Position numbers and translations under genes: made by a program | The notes under the pieces: generated by a model | The model's database searches: none | Seen by the model: only the letters and a program-made list of their open reading frames with translations | Told to the model about the DNA's origin: nothing | DNA from: a virus | IMG/VR virus record: IMGVR_UViG_3300009165_000006 | Length of the DNA stretch: 64,000 nt | Reading direction: 5' to 3' (one strand) | Part shown: in pieces, positions 9,276 to 18,264 of the stretch | How the letters are laid out: each line of letters starts with the position of its first letter | How positions within the stretch are numbered: position 1 is the first letter of the stretch

Positions 9276-9740
9276 ATGAAATCCACTGATCTTCTGAAGT
9301 TGGCTTGGAGCAAGATCGATCGACCTCATTCGATGTGTCCTGACATCGAGATTGGCTACGTTCGACGGGTGCTGGGTGAGGTAATGGCGGCCGAGATCAA
9401 GGACCGCGAGATCCTCGCCGAGGAATCCTATCGGTGGGTTTTTGGTCAACTCCTCGTGAGCCCCATGTCCCAGAGTAGTTTGGAGGATGATTGGTACGAG
9501 ACCAATCGAGTGTATCGGGAATGCATTCAACCACCCAACGACAATTACGAGGACGAGGGGTATCAGAAGGCCCTCAGCGACCAGTTCGAGGCTGAGGATC
9601 GGGAGAAGGAGCAACGGGCTGAGGAGGTCTCTGAAGCCCTCAGGTACCTCCTCACACGTGGACTAGTGGGTAGAGATCACGAAAGATACTTCGGCGATCC
9701 GGCAGCCTACCAGATGATGGTCAAGATGTCCTCGGTGTAG
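9276..9740 (+). CDS. hypothetical protein
   Basis: 154-aa acidic ORF. The antisense 9132..9614 ORF looks like a shadow. Confidence 0.6.
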   Translation: MKSTDLLKLAWSKIDRPHSMCPDIEIGYVRRVLGEVMAAEIKDREILAEESYRWVFGQLLVSPMSQSSLEDDWYETNRVYRECIQPPNDNYEDEGYQKALSDQFEAEDREKEQRAEEVSEALRYLLTRGLVGRDHERYFGDPAAYQMMVKMSSV

Positions 9741-9750
9741 CTAACTCGAT

Positions 9751-10338
9751 ATGAAGACCTATCGAGTTGAGTTATCTTCAGATGAAGGGCCTATTCGAAT
9801 TGAGTTACTAATTCGAGATTCGAATTCTACCCTTGAGCCACCTATCAGGAGATGCTTGATACTGAAGGCAAATGGGGTACCCGCATTGGAATACTGTGAC
9901 CAATTACAAGCTGGGGAGCAGCCCAACAGTTTTCGAGTGTTACTTACCCCTAACCCCATCGACTTGACTATGACCGTCGAGGACGAGGTGCTTGAATCCC
10001 AGGACCCCGTTGTCATAGATGGGCTTTATGGTAGGCGTGCGAGAATTAGTGGGGGAATACCTGCTGTTAGAAGAACTCGTGAGGAGTTTCTGGCCTCAAT
10101 GAGCGACGAGTATCGAGAGGCATACCTTACTAAAATTGCACAGAAAAGAGCTCAATATGTAAACCTTGAGGGTCAGTCCCTTTATCGAGTTAACTTAAAC
10201 GAGCTATGGTCCATTCCGGAAGGGATTCCAAGACCCCTTGACTCAAAGTTATTATTGGTTGCTCCGGCTGAGCTACCTCCAGTTGAAGATGGGCCTATCG
10301 TAGTCGAATTTGAATCATGGGAGGGTTCCGATGATTAA
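9751..10338 (+). CDS. hypothetical protein
   Basis: 195-aa ORF, ATG start. Confidence 0.6.
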   Translation: MKTYRVELSSDEGPIRIELLIRDSNSTLEPPIRRCLILKANGVPALEYCDQLQAGEQPNSFRVLLTPNPIDLTMTVEDEVLESQDPVVIDGLYGRRARISGGIPAVRRTREEFLASMSDEYREAYLTKIAQKRAQYVNLEGQSLYRVNLNELWSIPEGIPRPLDSKLLLVAPAELPPVEDGPIVVEFESWEGSDD

Positions 10339-10468
10339 CGGACAAGGCACGGGACTACGCCCCGAAACAGGGCCAATGTGTTTCGAAAGCGATTGGCGTG
10401 GAGTGTTCATCCGCGGGGACAACGCCTTTGGTGTAGCAAATACCCATGGCAAAAGAAGCTTCCTCTGA
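10331..10468 (+). CDS. small hypothetical protein (45 aa)
   Basis: ATG at 10331 overlaps the end of the previous gene (GATGATTAA). MINGQGTGLRPETGPMCFESDWRGVFIRGDNAFG... looks protein-like. Below the track length cut-off. Confidence 0.3.
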   Translation: MINGQGTGLRPETGPMCFESDWRGVFIRGDNAFGVANTHGKRSFL

Positions 10469-10661
10469 ATCCCTTGGGCACGGCAAAGTAGTCAGGGCGT
10501 CGGACAAGGCCCTGCAGATTGAGCTATCCGACATTGGTGAGACCAAGTGGATCCCACGTTCTATTATCCATGACGACTCCGAAGTCTACGATGATGGCGA
10601 GAACAAGGAGGGGGAAGTAGTGGTCAAGCAATGGTGGGCTGTGCAGGAAGGATTGGTCTGA
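10446..10661 (+). CDS. hypothetical protein
   Basis: 71-aa ORF, ATG start. Confidence 0.45.
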   Translation: MAKEASSESLGHGKVVRASDKALQIELSDIGETKWIPRSIIHDDSEVYDDGENKEGEVVVKQWWAVQEGLV

Positions 10662-10699
10662 TGTTGACTATTACCTTCGTGCAGGTGTAGGTTTTTGCT

Positions 10700-10933
10700 A
10701 TGGCTACGCACGAAGAAGAACTCAGGAAGATCGTCGACAACATCGAACTACTCGAGGCCGAGCAAGAGTCCAACACTGAGGAGATGCAGCGAATCGTCCC
10801 TTTGGAGGGCCGTGACAAACGCTTGACGTACCTCAACAAGAGGAATGTGCACATCGAGAACGGCCTCAAGGAATTACACGAGAAGCGTAAGAGCAAGATC
10901 GAAGTTATCGAATGGGAACATCGAACTGGTTAA
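10700..10933 (+). CDS. hypothetical coiled-coil protein
   Basis: 77-aa Glu/Lys-rich ORF. Confidence 0.5.
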   Translation: MATHEEELRKIVDNIELLEAEQESNTEEMQRIVPLEGRDKRLTYLNKRNVHIENGLKELHEKRKSKIEVIEWEHRTG

Positions 10934-11193
10934 GTAACAGACCACCCGCGCTCGAGCGATCGTAGAACCCGGCGAACAGCCCGATCGGCTCCGACAAATT
11001 GGTCCGATCGGAACTTGAGGTTCGGGTGAAGTTCGTGCTCTGAGGTGAAGAACGGATTGCTCGCCCCATCCTGGAAGTACTCAGCGAACCACTCGGTGGT
11101 ATAGCTGTAAGAAAGGGTGGCTCGGTAAGGTGGTATCGAGTATTCCCATGTGTTGTCGGGCTTCAAGTCCCGGGCGATGGCCTTCGGTCTCAT
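10930..11193 (-). CDS. hypothetical protein
   Basis: 87-aa ORF. 4-nt overlap with the upstream gene 11190..11411. Confidence 0.5.
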   Translation of the reverse strand: MRPKAIARDLKPDNTWEYSIPPYRATLSYSYTTEWFAEYFQDGASNPFFTSEHELHPNLKFRSDQFVGADRAVRRVLRSLERGWSVT

Positions 11194-11411
11194 GGATCCT
11201 CAACAACCCAAGCTAGAATCTCAGAGGCTGAGATGAAAGAAAATAGTTGACTCTCTGTCTCTAGCAGAACTTTTGGCTTTCCAGTAGAGGCTACTGAACA
11301 GAAACCTAGGGTGTAGACGTCCCATAGGGTACCTAGTTTGCTGATCGTGCCACAGTATGTTCTACAGTGACATTCGCTCTCTTTCCCTTGGACATTAACT
11401 AACGTTGCCAT
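11190..11411 (-). CDS. hypothetical protein
   Basis: 73-aa ORF, ATG start. Confidence 0.4.
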   Translation of the reverse strand: MATLVNVQGKESECHCRTYCGTISKLGTLWDVYTLGFCSVASTGKPKVLLETESQLFSFISASEILAWVVEDP

Positions 11412-11448
11412 GTGTTGCCCTGACTTCGATGGTTTTGTCTCACTTAGC

Positions 11449-11916
11449 TCACGTTTCTACATGAAACCTACGAAGGCCTATGACGAACGTCATACCGCAC
11501 CCCATTTTTCTACCTTGCTCGTACCAACACCCATTCTTTCGAAGAGTTATGATTCTGACCTCACCCTTCGCATCCCGAATGGCCTCGAGCCCCCCATCCT
11601 TTTCTGAGTGAACGACCAGATCTTGTTGAATGATGAGGGTCTTGTAGCTCAAGAATCTAATGATCGTGTACGGATAGTAATCCGTACCCCAATGGAAGGT
11701 CACCCCCATGCCTATTGCCGGCTCTGGGGTCTGTTTTGCCCACTGTGCCACCAAATCGAGAACGGATGTTTCGGTGTTTGGGCTGTCAATTTCTCCAGGC
11801 CCCCTAAGGTAGAGGCGAATTCCATCCAAACTAACCCAACTCACTTTGGTCATCCGTCCATCAACGTTACAATAGACGGTACCTTCGGAGTCGATTGATA
11901 GGCTTTCTGTTGCCAT
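11449..11916 (-). CDS. hypothetical protein
   Basis: 155-aa ORF, ATG start. Confidence 0.6.
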   Translation of the reverse strand: MATESLSIDSEGTVYCNVDGRMTKVSWVSLDGIRLYLRGPGEIDSPNTETSVLDLVAQWAKQTPEPAIGMGVTFHWGTDYYPYTIIRFLSYKTLIIQQDLVVHSEKDGGLEAIRDAKGEVRIITLRKNGCWYEQGRKMGCGMTFVIGLRRFHVET

Positions 11917-11952
11917 ATCGAATATTGCATGCCAAAGGTGGCGAAATCAACC

Positions 11953-12312
11953 CTAAAATGGCTCGGCAGTGGTTAAAATGATGATGCCTTCCAGCACCTG
12001 AGCCTCGGTGAGCTCCCAATCAACTTCTCGAGGGAGTCCAGCGATAACAGCTACCTTGAACTTCTGGTAGACCTCCAGGGCTTTCTCGTCGTCCCTTAGG
12101 ACGTCTGCGCAGATAGCCAGGGCGAGCTGGGCAGGCCCGCTTCCGGAATAGCCACACTCGAAACCGATCGAATGGTTCCGAAGATCGGAGCGTGGATCGA
12201 TCTTGTTTTCGACCTCACCAATTCGGACGAAAACTGACAGGATATCATCCTCATCACGTTCCCCTATGTAGACTTTCATGAGGTTAACCCCCCCTCCACT
12301 TGCAGGTTTCAT
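11953..12312 (-). CDS. hypothetical protein
   Basis: 119-aa ORF. The start is preceded by the TGCGTAATAC motif. Confidence 0.65.
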   Translation of the reverse strand: MKPASGGGVNLMKVYIGERDEDDILSVFVRIGEVENKIDPRSDLRNHSIGFECGYSGSGPAQLALAICADVLRDDEKALEVYQKFKVAVIAGLPREVDWELTEAQVLEGIIILTTAEPF

Positions 12313-12317
12313 ACTCT

Positions 12318-12327
12318 GTATTACGCA
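12318..12327 (-). promoter_or_regulatory. TGCGTAATAC start-proximal motif
   Basis: Minus strand reads TGCGTAATAC AGAGT ATG (ATG at 12312). Confidence 0.45.
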
Positions 12328-12426
12328 CTAGTCACGACAATCTCAATGACTTTTCAAGCTGCCAGTGCTTTTTTGTTGACTGCTAGGGTGATTCGAGTGC
12401 AATGAGGTGAAATCAGGCAGGTTTCT

Positions 12427-13404
12427 ATGGGCTCATTCAATCAAGTTTGCATGCTTTCTGGGATCCCAATCACCTATCGGGATCCGGTACGGGCTATCCT
12501 CGTGACGGAGCATCCCCGGGCTACCCTTGGTACCGCTGCGCGTGGTTACTCCTCGAAATACATCCCGAGGACCTTTCCAATTCGTGGTACTTACAACGAT
12601 TACGGGTCGTTAGAGAACGTCCCAGACGACGTATTCAAGCGTCTGTGGGTCAAGGGATTGCAGGATGACCTAATCGAGCTTTCGCAAGGTGCGAACCCAA
12701 GAGATGAAGCTGTCACGAAAGACTTGGACTTCGATGACTTGTGGGTGGCTATTTTGCAAGAAAGGCTACTAGTTCCTGGTCACGTTTCGAGGGGAATTGG
12801 CTTTTGTGAGCCGATGCCCTTGGAGGTTGTAGACCATCCGGTTGTTTCGCGACATATACGGAACGTTCGCGTTCAAGTAGCTATGATCCGCGAGGATGTC
12901 TGGCAGTCCATCATGGCTACCCCTCTCAAAACCAGGGCTTTCTTCGAGCTACCTGAGACGTTGGAAGCTCTTCAAGGGGCGGTTCAAGCTTACTGGGGGG
13001 AGTGCTCCACCCTGTTGAACAAGCCCATTAGCAAGTTTGACAAGCAGTTACTTCGAAACACTATTCGTTGTATCCAGCTAGAAGGACCCGTGGCGAACCT
13101 GCCAAGTTATACACTTCGAGACGAATGGGTCTTCGGACTCGGATCGCATTGGCTCATGGCTCTCGAGGGCGAGATTCAAACCCAGGAGTTGAACGACTTC
13201 TACCAAGGCGTAGCCGAGATGGTCTGGTTCATCTGGGTCAACTCCTATCGCAATCGAGAAGGAAGTCTTTGGAAACCCTCCTACGCAGGTGGTGAGGATC
13301 TTCCTTGGAATGACCATCTCCGGTTCCATAAAGACATGGTGCGGATTCTCGAAGGTTTGATTGCCAAGGACAAGGAAGAATACGAAGAATCATGCACACC
13401 ATAA
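12427..13404 (+). CDS. hypothetical protein
   Basis: 325-aa ORF, ATG start. Confidence 0.7.
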   Translation: MGSFNQVCMLSGIPITYRDPVRAILVTEHPRATLGTAARGYSSKYIPRTFPIRGTYNDYGSLENVPDDVFKRLWVKGLQDDLIELSQGANPRDEAVTKDLDFDDLWVAILQERLLVPGHVSRGIGFCEPMPLEVVDHPVVSRHIRNVRVQVAMIREDVWQSIMATPLKTRAFFELPETLEALQGAVQAYWGECSTLLNKPISKFDKQLLRNTIRCIQLEGPVANLPSYTLRDEWVFGLGSHWLMALEGEIQTQELNDFYQGVAEMVWFIWVNSYRNREGSLWKPSYAGGEDLPWNDHLRFHKDMVRILEGLIAKDKEEYEESCTP

Positions 13405-13736
13405 GTCTTGAGCAGGCGCTATCCATATGGTCGGAACTTGAGCAAGCGTATCACAGGCCTGAGACTCATCGTACTATCGAGCTCTACCTGTACCGATTGG
13501 TTACCGGGTCCCCTTCTGCTTATCGAGTTGAACTCATAGAAAGTCCAGGACCTATCGGCGATAACGTTCGGGAAATCTACCGAAAGGCAAATCGAGCTCT
13601 CTATGCTCTATTGAAGCACTTCTGTGACATCAGAGAGGCCTCAATCACTGTGGAGGGCCAAGAGCTTGGACCTTGGTTGGCTGATTCCCTTCAATGTCAC
13701 AGAGTCCAAGTCACTGTGAATCCAAGAAGAAAGTGA
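13392..13736 (+). CDS. hypothetical protein
   Basis: 114-aa ORF overlapping the previous gene by 13 nt. Confidence 0.55.
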   Translation: MHTISLEQALSIWSELEQAYHRPETHRTIELYLYRLVTGSPSAYRVELIESPGPIGDNVREIYRKANRALYALLKHFCDIREASITVEGQELGPWLADSLQCHRVQVTVNPRRK

Positions 13737-13960
13737 TGACTAATAAGCCCGTGATCCAGGTTTCTCACGCTGATCTCGAACGATGGGATGATGGACCTTA
13801 CAAGTCCAAGTGCCCAACCTGCAAGGATGGGATCCTCATGATCTGCCGCGATTCATCTACGTTCAAGCTACAACGTCGAGATCGATGCATCAGTTGTGGT
13901 CAACAATTCAACTACACGGACGCGGAGATCAATGGAGAACGGTTCGAGGGGGACAAGTAA
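13736..13960 (+). CDS. zinc-ribbon protein
   Basis: ATG at 13736 overlaps the previous TGA (GTGATGA). CPTC...CISC four-Cys ribbon. Confidence 0.6.
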   Translation: MTNKPVIQVSHADLERWDDGPYKSKCPTCKDGILMICRDSSTFKLQRRDRCISCGQQFNYTDAEINGERFEGDK

Positions 13961-14104
13961 GCACAAGTAGGTTCTCTGCGGCATTCTGGTTACAAGAACT
14001 CTTGCGGATACTCGCTTGACACGTTGCCTAGATCCTGCTCTCCTTCTTGGTGACTCAATTGTTGAGTTCTAGCCTAGAAGGAATTCGGGGCGGGAAGGAA
14101 CACC

Positions 14105-15250
14105 ATGAAACCTACAGTAGCAGTTATCTCCTTAGTTCTCCAAGCCACAGCCCTAACAGCCTATGCACATCCGGCTTGTCACGGACAGTTACAGGGGGCC
14201 ATCAACACTCCGGCAGATGATTCCGTACATTGCCCGACGGTATGTGATCCGACTGGATGCCAATGTGATCCCACTCAGCTCTCCCCCTATAGCCTCGAGT
14301 GGTGGTACTGGACGGGCCACCTGAAGACACTGAGTGGTCGCAAGTTTGGGTTCTCGAACATCGTCTACACGGGGATCGACCTCGTCACCTACCTTCCACT
14401 CACATGGTCGGACAGTACGGTGGCCGACCTTCGTAACGGCACGTTCAACTATGGTGGACGAGAAGCTATTCTCGGGTTGCCGACGAAGGTCCCCAACGGA
14501 TTCGAGTTCACTTTCCCTCACTCGCAGGTCTTTGGGGGTAATGGAACTGATGCGATCCACTCAGTGATCGTCGACCAAACCTCGGGCAAGCGGTACGAAG
14601 TGGATCTGGCGATTCACTCGGTGAAAAAGCCGGTTCAACAGCGTGCCGATGGACTCGTTTACTACTATTCCCGCGAGCAAATGCTTGCAGTCGGAGCCAT
14701 CGTTATCGATGGGATACCCCAGATCGTAACGGGAACCGTCTGGTTCGACCATCAGTTTGGGGATCAACGAGACGCTTACCAGAATGTCACCACGTGGCAG
14801 TGGTTCGGGATCCAACTCTCGGGCAACCGGCAGCTCGTCCTCTACGACGTCCAGGTGAACGAGAACGAGACTCGCCCCGAGTACGCCTCCGGAGTCATCG
14901 AAGGGACCTTCACGGATCCCAACTGCGGAGTCACTCACCTGACCCGGAACGACTTCACCATCACGCCCCTTGGTAGCTGGCAGTCGGCTTGGATGCCCCC
15001 AGGCTGGGGTGACTTCCAGTGCATCTACCCGATGGGGTGGAGCATCCAAGTCCCCAGCAAGGGGATTGACATCACCGTGGATCCCTACTTCGATGCCCAG
15101 GAGATCATCGCCCCCTTGCCGGCTCCTGAAGGCACATTGACCGTTGGTGACCGGTATTGGGAAGGGGATGCCGCGGTGACGGGTAGCGATACCGGTGAGG
15201 CCTTCGTGGAACTCACCGGCTTCTGCCCATTTGCCCCAGGATCTAACTAG
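14105..15250 (+). CDS. secreted AttH/CrtC-like (lipocalin-like) protein
   Basis: GGAAGGAA RBS. Signal peptide MKPTVAVISLVLQATALTAYA. Blocks EWWYWTGHL, VWFDHQFG and WQWFGIQL resemble the hydroxyneurosporene synthase/AttH family. Confidence 0.6.
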   Translation: MKPTVAVISLVLQATALTAYAHPACHGQLQGAINTPADDSVHCPTVCDPTGCQCDPTQLSPYSLEWWYWTGHLKTLSGRKFGFSNIVYTGIDLVTYLPLTWSDSTVADLRNGTFNYGGREAILGLPTKVPNGFEFTFPHSQVFGGNGTDAIHSVIVDQTSGKRYEVDLAIHSVKKPVQQRADGLVYYYSREQMLAVGAIVIDGIPQIVTGTVWFDHQFGDQRDAYQNVTTWQWFGIQLSGNRQLVLYDVQVNENETRPEYASGVIEGTFTDPNCGVTHLTRNDFTITPLGSWQSAWMPPGWGDFQCIYPMGWSIQVPSKGIDITVDPYFDAQEIIAPLPAPEGTLTVGDRYWEGDAAVTGSDTGEAFVELTGFCPFAPGSN

Positions 15251-15255
15251 TTTGG

Positions 15256-15519
15256 TCAGGTCACGGTACCTGCAATTTCTTTCTTGGCTACAGCTTGCAG
15301 GTACCGTATGACCAACCAATCGTCGACAACGTCCCCTGCTCTTAAGTATTGGGGGGCATCGGGTGGCACGTACTTAGTAAGTTCATCCTTGAAATTTTCA
15401 AGTTCCTCGGGTGTGAGGCCTTGTTTGGTTAGGTCAAAATCATTGTACCCATGAAGACAGAATTCACTAGCTGCATCATTCAGGATAGTCACTAAAACTT
15501 TCAATTGAGCACGATTCAT
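15256..15519 (-). CDS. hypothetical protein
   Basis: 87-aa ORF, ATG start. Confidence 0.55.
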   Translation of the reverse strand: MNRAQLKVLVTILNDAASEFCLHGYNDFDLTKQGLTPEELENFKDELTKYVPPDAPQYLRAGDVVDDWLVIRYLQAVAKKEIAGTVT

Positions 15520-15539
15520 TCCCCGGTGTACACCAGTTC

Positions 15540-15668
15540 ATGCACTTTTGTGGAGACCTATTTCACGATCTGCCGTTTTATTTGGTGACGGCGTTGCCGT
15601 TCTTAGGTACTCTCGTCGCCTGGTGTCGATCCATGGTCAAAAGGCTTCGTGTGGATAGAAGACGATGA
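15540..15668 (+). CDS. small putative membrane peptide (42 aa)
   Basis: ATG ORF in an otherwise empty gap. Hydrophobic core LPFYLVTALPFLGTLVAWC followed by a basic tail. ORF evidence only. Confidence 0.25.
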   Translation: MHFCGDLFHDLPFYLVTALPFLGTLVAWCRSMVKRLRVDRRR

Positions 15669-15705
15669 CTGAGGCTCTTAGGCGAGGCAGAGGTTAAGCT
15701 CACGG

Positions 15706-15912
15706 TCAGCTCTTCATGAAATTCGCTGGGCTATCTTTCCGGACTCGATGCTTGATCTCGTCCCGCACCTTGCATCCCTCGGCTGACTTCGTAGGCTCAA
15801 GTGGGGTAGCAGGGGCTCCACAGTTCTTGCACTTGCCGCCCTTCACATAGAGCGGGTTGTGACAGTAGTGGCACTTCGGCCTTCTCTTCGGCGTGTGCTT
15901 CATAACTACCAC
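15706..15912 (-). CDS. zinc-ribbon protein (paralog of 17357..17551)
   Basis: KCHYCHNPLYVKGGKCKNCGAPATPLEP versus KCYYCHRPLYLSDGKCTNCGAPATPLDP in the paralog. GTG start overlaps the upstream stop (GTGGTAG). Alternative ATG at 15903. Confidence 0.6.
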   Translation of the reverse strand: MVVMKHTPKRRPKCHYCHNPLYVKGGKCKNCGAPATPLEPTKSAEGCKVRDEIKHRVRKDSPANFMKS

Positions 15913-16167
15913 CGGACATCCTCCGGGAGCCTCCCATAGGCCAGCTCACAGGCTTCCTCGTACTTCGTAGCCCGCTCAACCTCACCTTCGAGCCGGAGGC
16001 TCATGGCACACGACTTGTTGATGGCGTAGCAAGCTAGCGTCTCCATGATCCGGCGAGCGCCCTTCCGCTTCCCAGTGACAACGACGGCTTCCTTCTGGGT
16101 GGCGATGTGCCACCCAGAAGTCTCGGAGTTCTTCCCGGCTCATTGCGTCGAAGTTTGGGATTTCCAT
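15906..16167 (-). pseudogene. frameshifted paralog of 17545..17811
   Basis: MEIPNFDAMSREELRDFW matches MELTNLEAMTQDELRAFW. After FW, homology (WHIATQKEAVVVTGKRKGARRIMETLACYAINKSC...LPEDVRW*) continues in the +1 frame, and 5 nt are missing relative to the paralog. Confidence 0.6.
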
Positions 16168-16172
16168 GCCTT

Positions 16173-16182
16173 CTATTACGCA
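16173..16182 (-). promoter_or_regulatory. TGCGTAATAG start-proximal motif
   Basis: Minus strand reads TGCGTAATAG AAGGC ATG (ATG at 16167). Confidence 0.45.
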
Positions 16183-16382
16183 CCACCAGCAGAGAATTCA
16201 ACTGAATCTTTGCTACCCACCTCTCCCCATGGTATCATCTGGCTATGGATACTCGACGAAAAGACCACATCCAAAGAGGAGGTCGTGTATTCCTTCCCCT
16301 TTGGCGTATGAGACAGATTAAGTTCGAAGAGGCTGTACTCAATTCGATAGCCAAGCGCGAGGGATTGACTGGTAGTCTTCAT
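16176..16382 (-). CDS. possible ThiS/MoaD-like ubiquitin-fold protein (C-terminal ..AGGA)
   Basis: 68-aa ORF divergent from the E1-like gene. Its C-terminus IPWGEVGSKDSVEFSAGGA* resembles the ThiS/MoaD ending (..gD.V.f....GG). The stop lies inside the downstream TGCGTAATAG motif. It competes with + ORF 16245..16520. Confidence 0.3.
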   Translation of the reverse strand: MKTTSQSLALGYRIEYSLFELNLSHTPKGKEYTTSSLDVVFSSSIHSQMIPWGEVGSKDSVEFSAGGA

Positions 16383-16598
16383 CACATGGATTGCCGGTGC
16401 GGCTCTATCTACTGCAAGGCGACGCCCTACCTCTCCACGACTAAAGACGCTCGACCCGAAGGATGCACTGAGGAGCCCAAGATGCGGAGCGGTTTCCAGC
16501 CCGGTCGACCTAAGTACTAGGAGTCAAGAGAACGACAAGCGAGTGTTCAATACTGAGGACAAGCAAGTAATCCCCCTCCATCTTTTGTGCTCTGATCT

Positions 16599-17345
16599 AT
16601 GCCTCAGCTAACAATTGAACAGCAAATCCGATATGAGCGTCACGTTAGGCTGCCTGAAGTCAAGGAAGCTGGGCAGATCAAACTGCTTCAGAGCAAGGTC
16701 CTGCTCATAGGGGCGGGCGGGTTAGGATCCCCAGTAGCGCTCTACTTAGCCGCCGCAGGGGTCGGTACCTTGGGGGTCGTGGACTTTGATTCGGTTAGCC
16801 TCTCGAACCTCCAGAGGCAGATCATCCACTCCACCGTCGGAAAACTCAAGGTCCCAAGTGTCACAGAGGCGGTGACCCGGTTGACCCCTGACGTATCCAC
16901 CGTTGAGTATGTCGGTCGCGTGGATGCCTCGACCATAGATCAGATCTTCGAGATTGGTTGGCACGTGGTCATTGACGCCGTGGATAACCTGGAAACTCGG
17001 TACCTCATCAACGAAGCTTGCGTAAAACGTAAGCTCCCATGGATCCACGGGGCCGTTTTCTCGTATGAGGGTCAAGTGACAACCTTCACCCGGGGCGGCC
17101 CCTGCTATCGATGCCTCTATCCAGATGTGCCCCCCAAAGGGGCTGACAAGCCCGGTGGCGTCCTTGGAGTTGTCCCAGGCGTGATAGGTACTATCCAAGC
17201 AACAGAGGCGCTCAAGGTCATCCTGGGGCTCGGACAGACGTTGGAAGGGACGATGCTCAACTACAACGCTCTCTACATGTCCTTCGACCGAATGCCGCTT
17301 GGAGCTCGCAACCCAAACTGCTCAGTTTGCTCGATGACTTACTGA
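16599..17345 (+). CDS. ThiF/MoeB/HesA-family E1-like adenylyltransferase
   Basis: RY.RH..L...G...Q..L..S.VLLIGAGGLGSPVALYLAAAGVG (nucleotide-binding loop), SNLQRQ, Zn motifs CYRC and CSVC. No Cys in the crossover loop (DVPPKGADKPGGVLG). Confidence 0.9.
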   Translation: MPQLTIEQQIRYERHVRLPEVKEAGQIKLLQSKVLLIGAGGLGSPVALYLAAAGVGTLGVVDFDSVSLSNLQRQIIHSTVGKLKVPSVTEAVTRLTPDVSTVEYVGRVDASTIDQIFEIGWHVVIDAVDNLETRYLINEACVKRKLPWIHGAVFSYEGQVTTFTRGGPCYRCLYPDVPPKGADKPGGVLGVVPGVIGTIQATEALKVILGLGQTLEGTMLNYNALYMSFDRMPLGARNPNCSVCSMTY

Positions 17346-17356
17346 GCATAGGTTCA

Positions 17357-17551
17357 TCACTTGAAAAACATGGCTGGTGTGTCCCGACGAAGAGGGTGCT
17401 TGATTTCGTCCTGCACCTTGGGATCTTCAGTGGGCTTCAGCGGGTCAAGTGGAGTAGCGGGGGCACCACAGTTCGTGCACTTGCCATCGCTCAAGTAAAG
17501 CGGACGGTGGCAGTAGTAGCACTTGGGGCGGCCCGTAAGATTACCTACCAC
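17357..17551 (-). CDS. zinc-ribbon protein (paralog of 15706..15912)
   Basis: Track ORF 17357..17590. I prefer the GTG at 17551 overlapping the upstream stop (GTGGTAG), as in the paralog. Confidence 0.6.
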   Translation of the reverse strand: MVGNLTGRPKCYYCHRPLYLSDGKCTNCGAPATPLDPLKPTEDPKVQDEIKHPLRRDTPAMFFK

Positions 17552-17811
17552 CGGACGTCCTCCGGGAGCTTCTCGTACTGGATCTCGCAAGCCTGCTCAT
17601 AGGTCAGGGCAGGTTCAATCTGGCCTTCGAGACGAAGGCCGATAGTACACGATTTGTTGATGGCGTAGCAGGCTAGACTCTCCATGACCTTGCGAGCGTC
17701 TTTCCGGTCACCAAGGAAGAGGCCGGCCTCTTCCTTGGTGGTAACGTGCCACTTCGACCAAAAAGCTCGAAGCTCGTCTTGAGTCATGGCCTCGAGGTTT
17801 GTGAGTTCCAT
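17545..17811 (-). CDS. hypothetical protein (intact copy of duplicated module)
   Basis: 88-aa ORF preceded by the TGCGTAATAG motif. Paralog of 15906..16167. Confidence 0.65.
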   Translation of the reverse strand: MELTNLEAMTQDELRAFWSKWHVTTKEEAGLFLGDRKDARKVMESLACYAINKSCTIGLRLEGQIEPALTYEQACEIQYEKLPEDVRW

Positions 17812-17816
17812 ACGTT

Positions 17817-17826
17817 CTATTACGCA
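17817..17826 (-). promoter_or_regulatory. TGCGTAATAG start-proximal motif
   Basis: Minus strand reads TGCGTAATAG AACGT ATG (ATG at 17811). Confidence 0.45.
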
Positions 17827-17887
17827 CGATTGGGGTGAAACTCAACAAGCAATTGTCTGATTCCTAGGATTGGTGTAGGGTTGAAGC

Positions 17888-18202
17888 ATGGAATGTATTG
17901 ACCAGTCAACTTTGAACTCTGAACCAGATCTCGGAACTATCGCGCAGTTGAATCACGAGGGGGATACGACGTACACGTGGGACAAAACGAATGAAAACGA
18001 GTGCCGGGCCGCCGAGGCACACTTCAACCTGTTGAAGTCGAAAGGATTTCTCACCTTTAAGGTGAAACGTAGTAGACGTAAAAGTCCGGAAGAAGCATTT
18101 GATCCGAAAGCAGGCAAGTACGTCTACGTGGCCCCCGAAATAGCGACCACCCTTGACCCCAAGGCGGACTACGTAGTGACACCACAGATGCGAGGCGGGT
18201 GA
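17888..18202 (+). CDS. hypothetical protein
   Basis: 104-aa ORF, ATG start. Confidence 0.55.
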   Translation: MECIDQSTLNSEPDLGTIAQLNHEGDTTYTWDKTNENECRAAEAHFNLLKSKGFLTFKVKRSRRKSPEEAFDPKAGKYVYVAPEIATTLDPKADYVVTPQMRGG

Positions 18203-18264
18203 TGGGTAGTAGAACTACCCAGTGGATTCCTGAATCAGAACTTAGCCTTAGCAGGAGATAACTT

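Noticed and set aside
14561-15319. 252-aa minus-strand ORF opposite the AttH/CrtC-like gene.
   Set aside because: Arg/Gly/Pro/His-rich composition with no motifs. The + strand ORF has an RBS, a signal peptide and family blocks. This is a shadow ORF.
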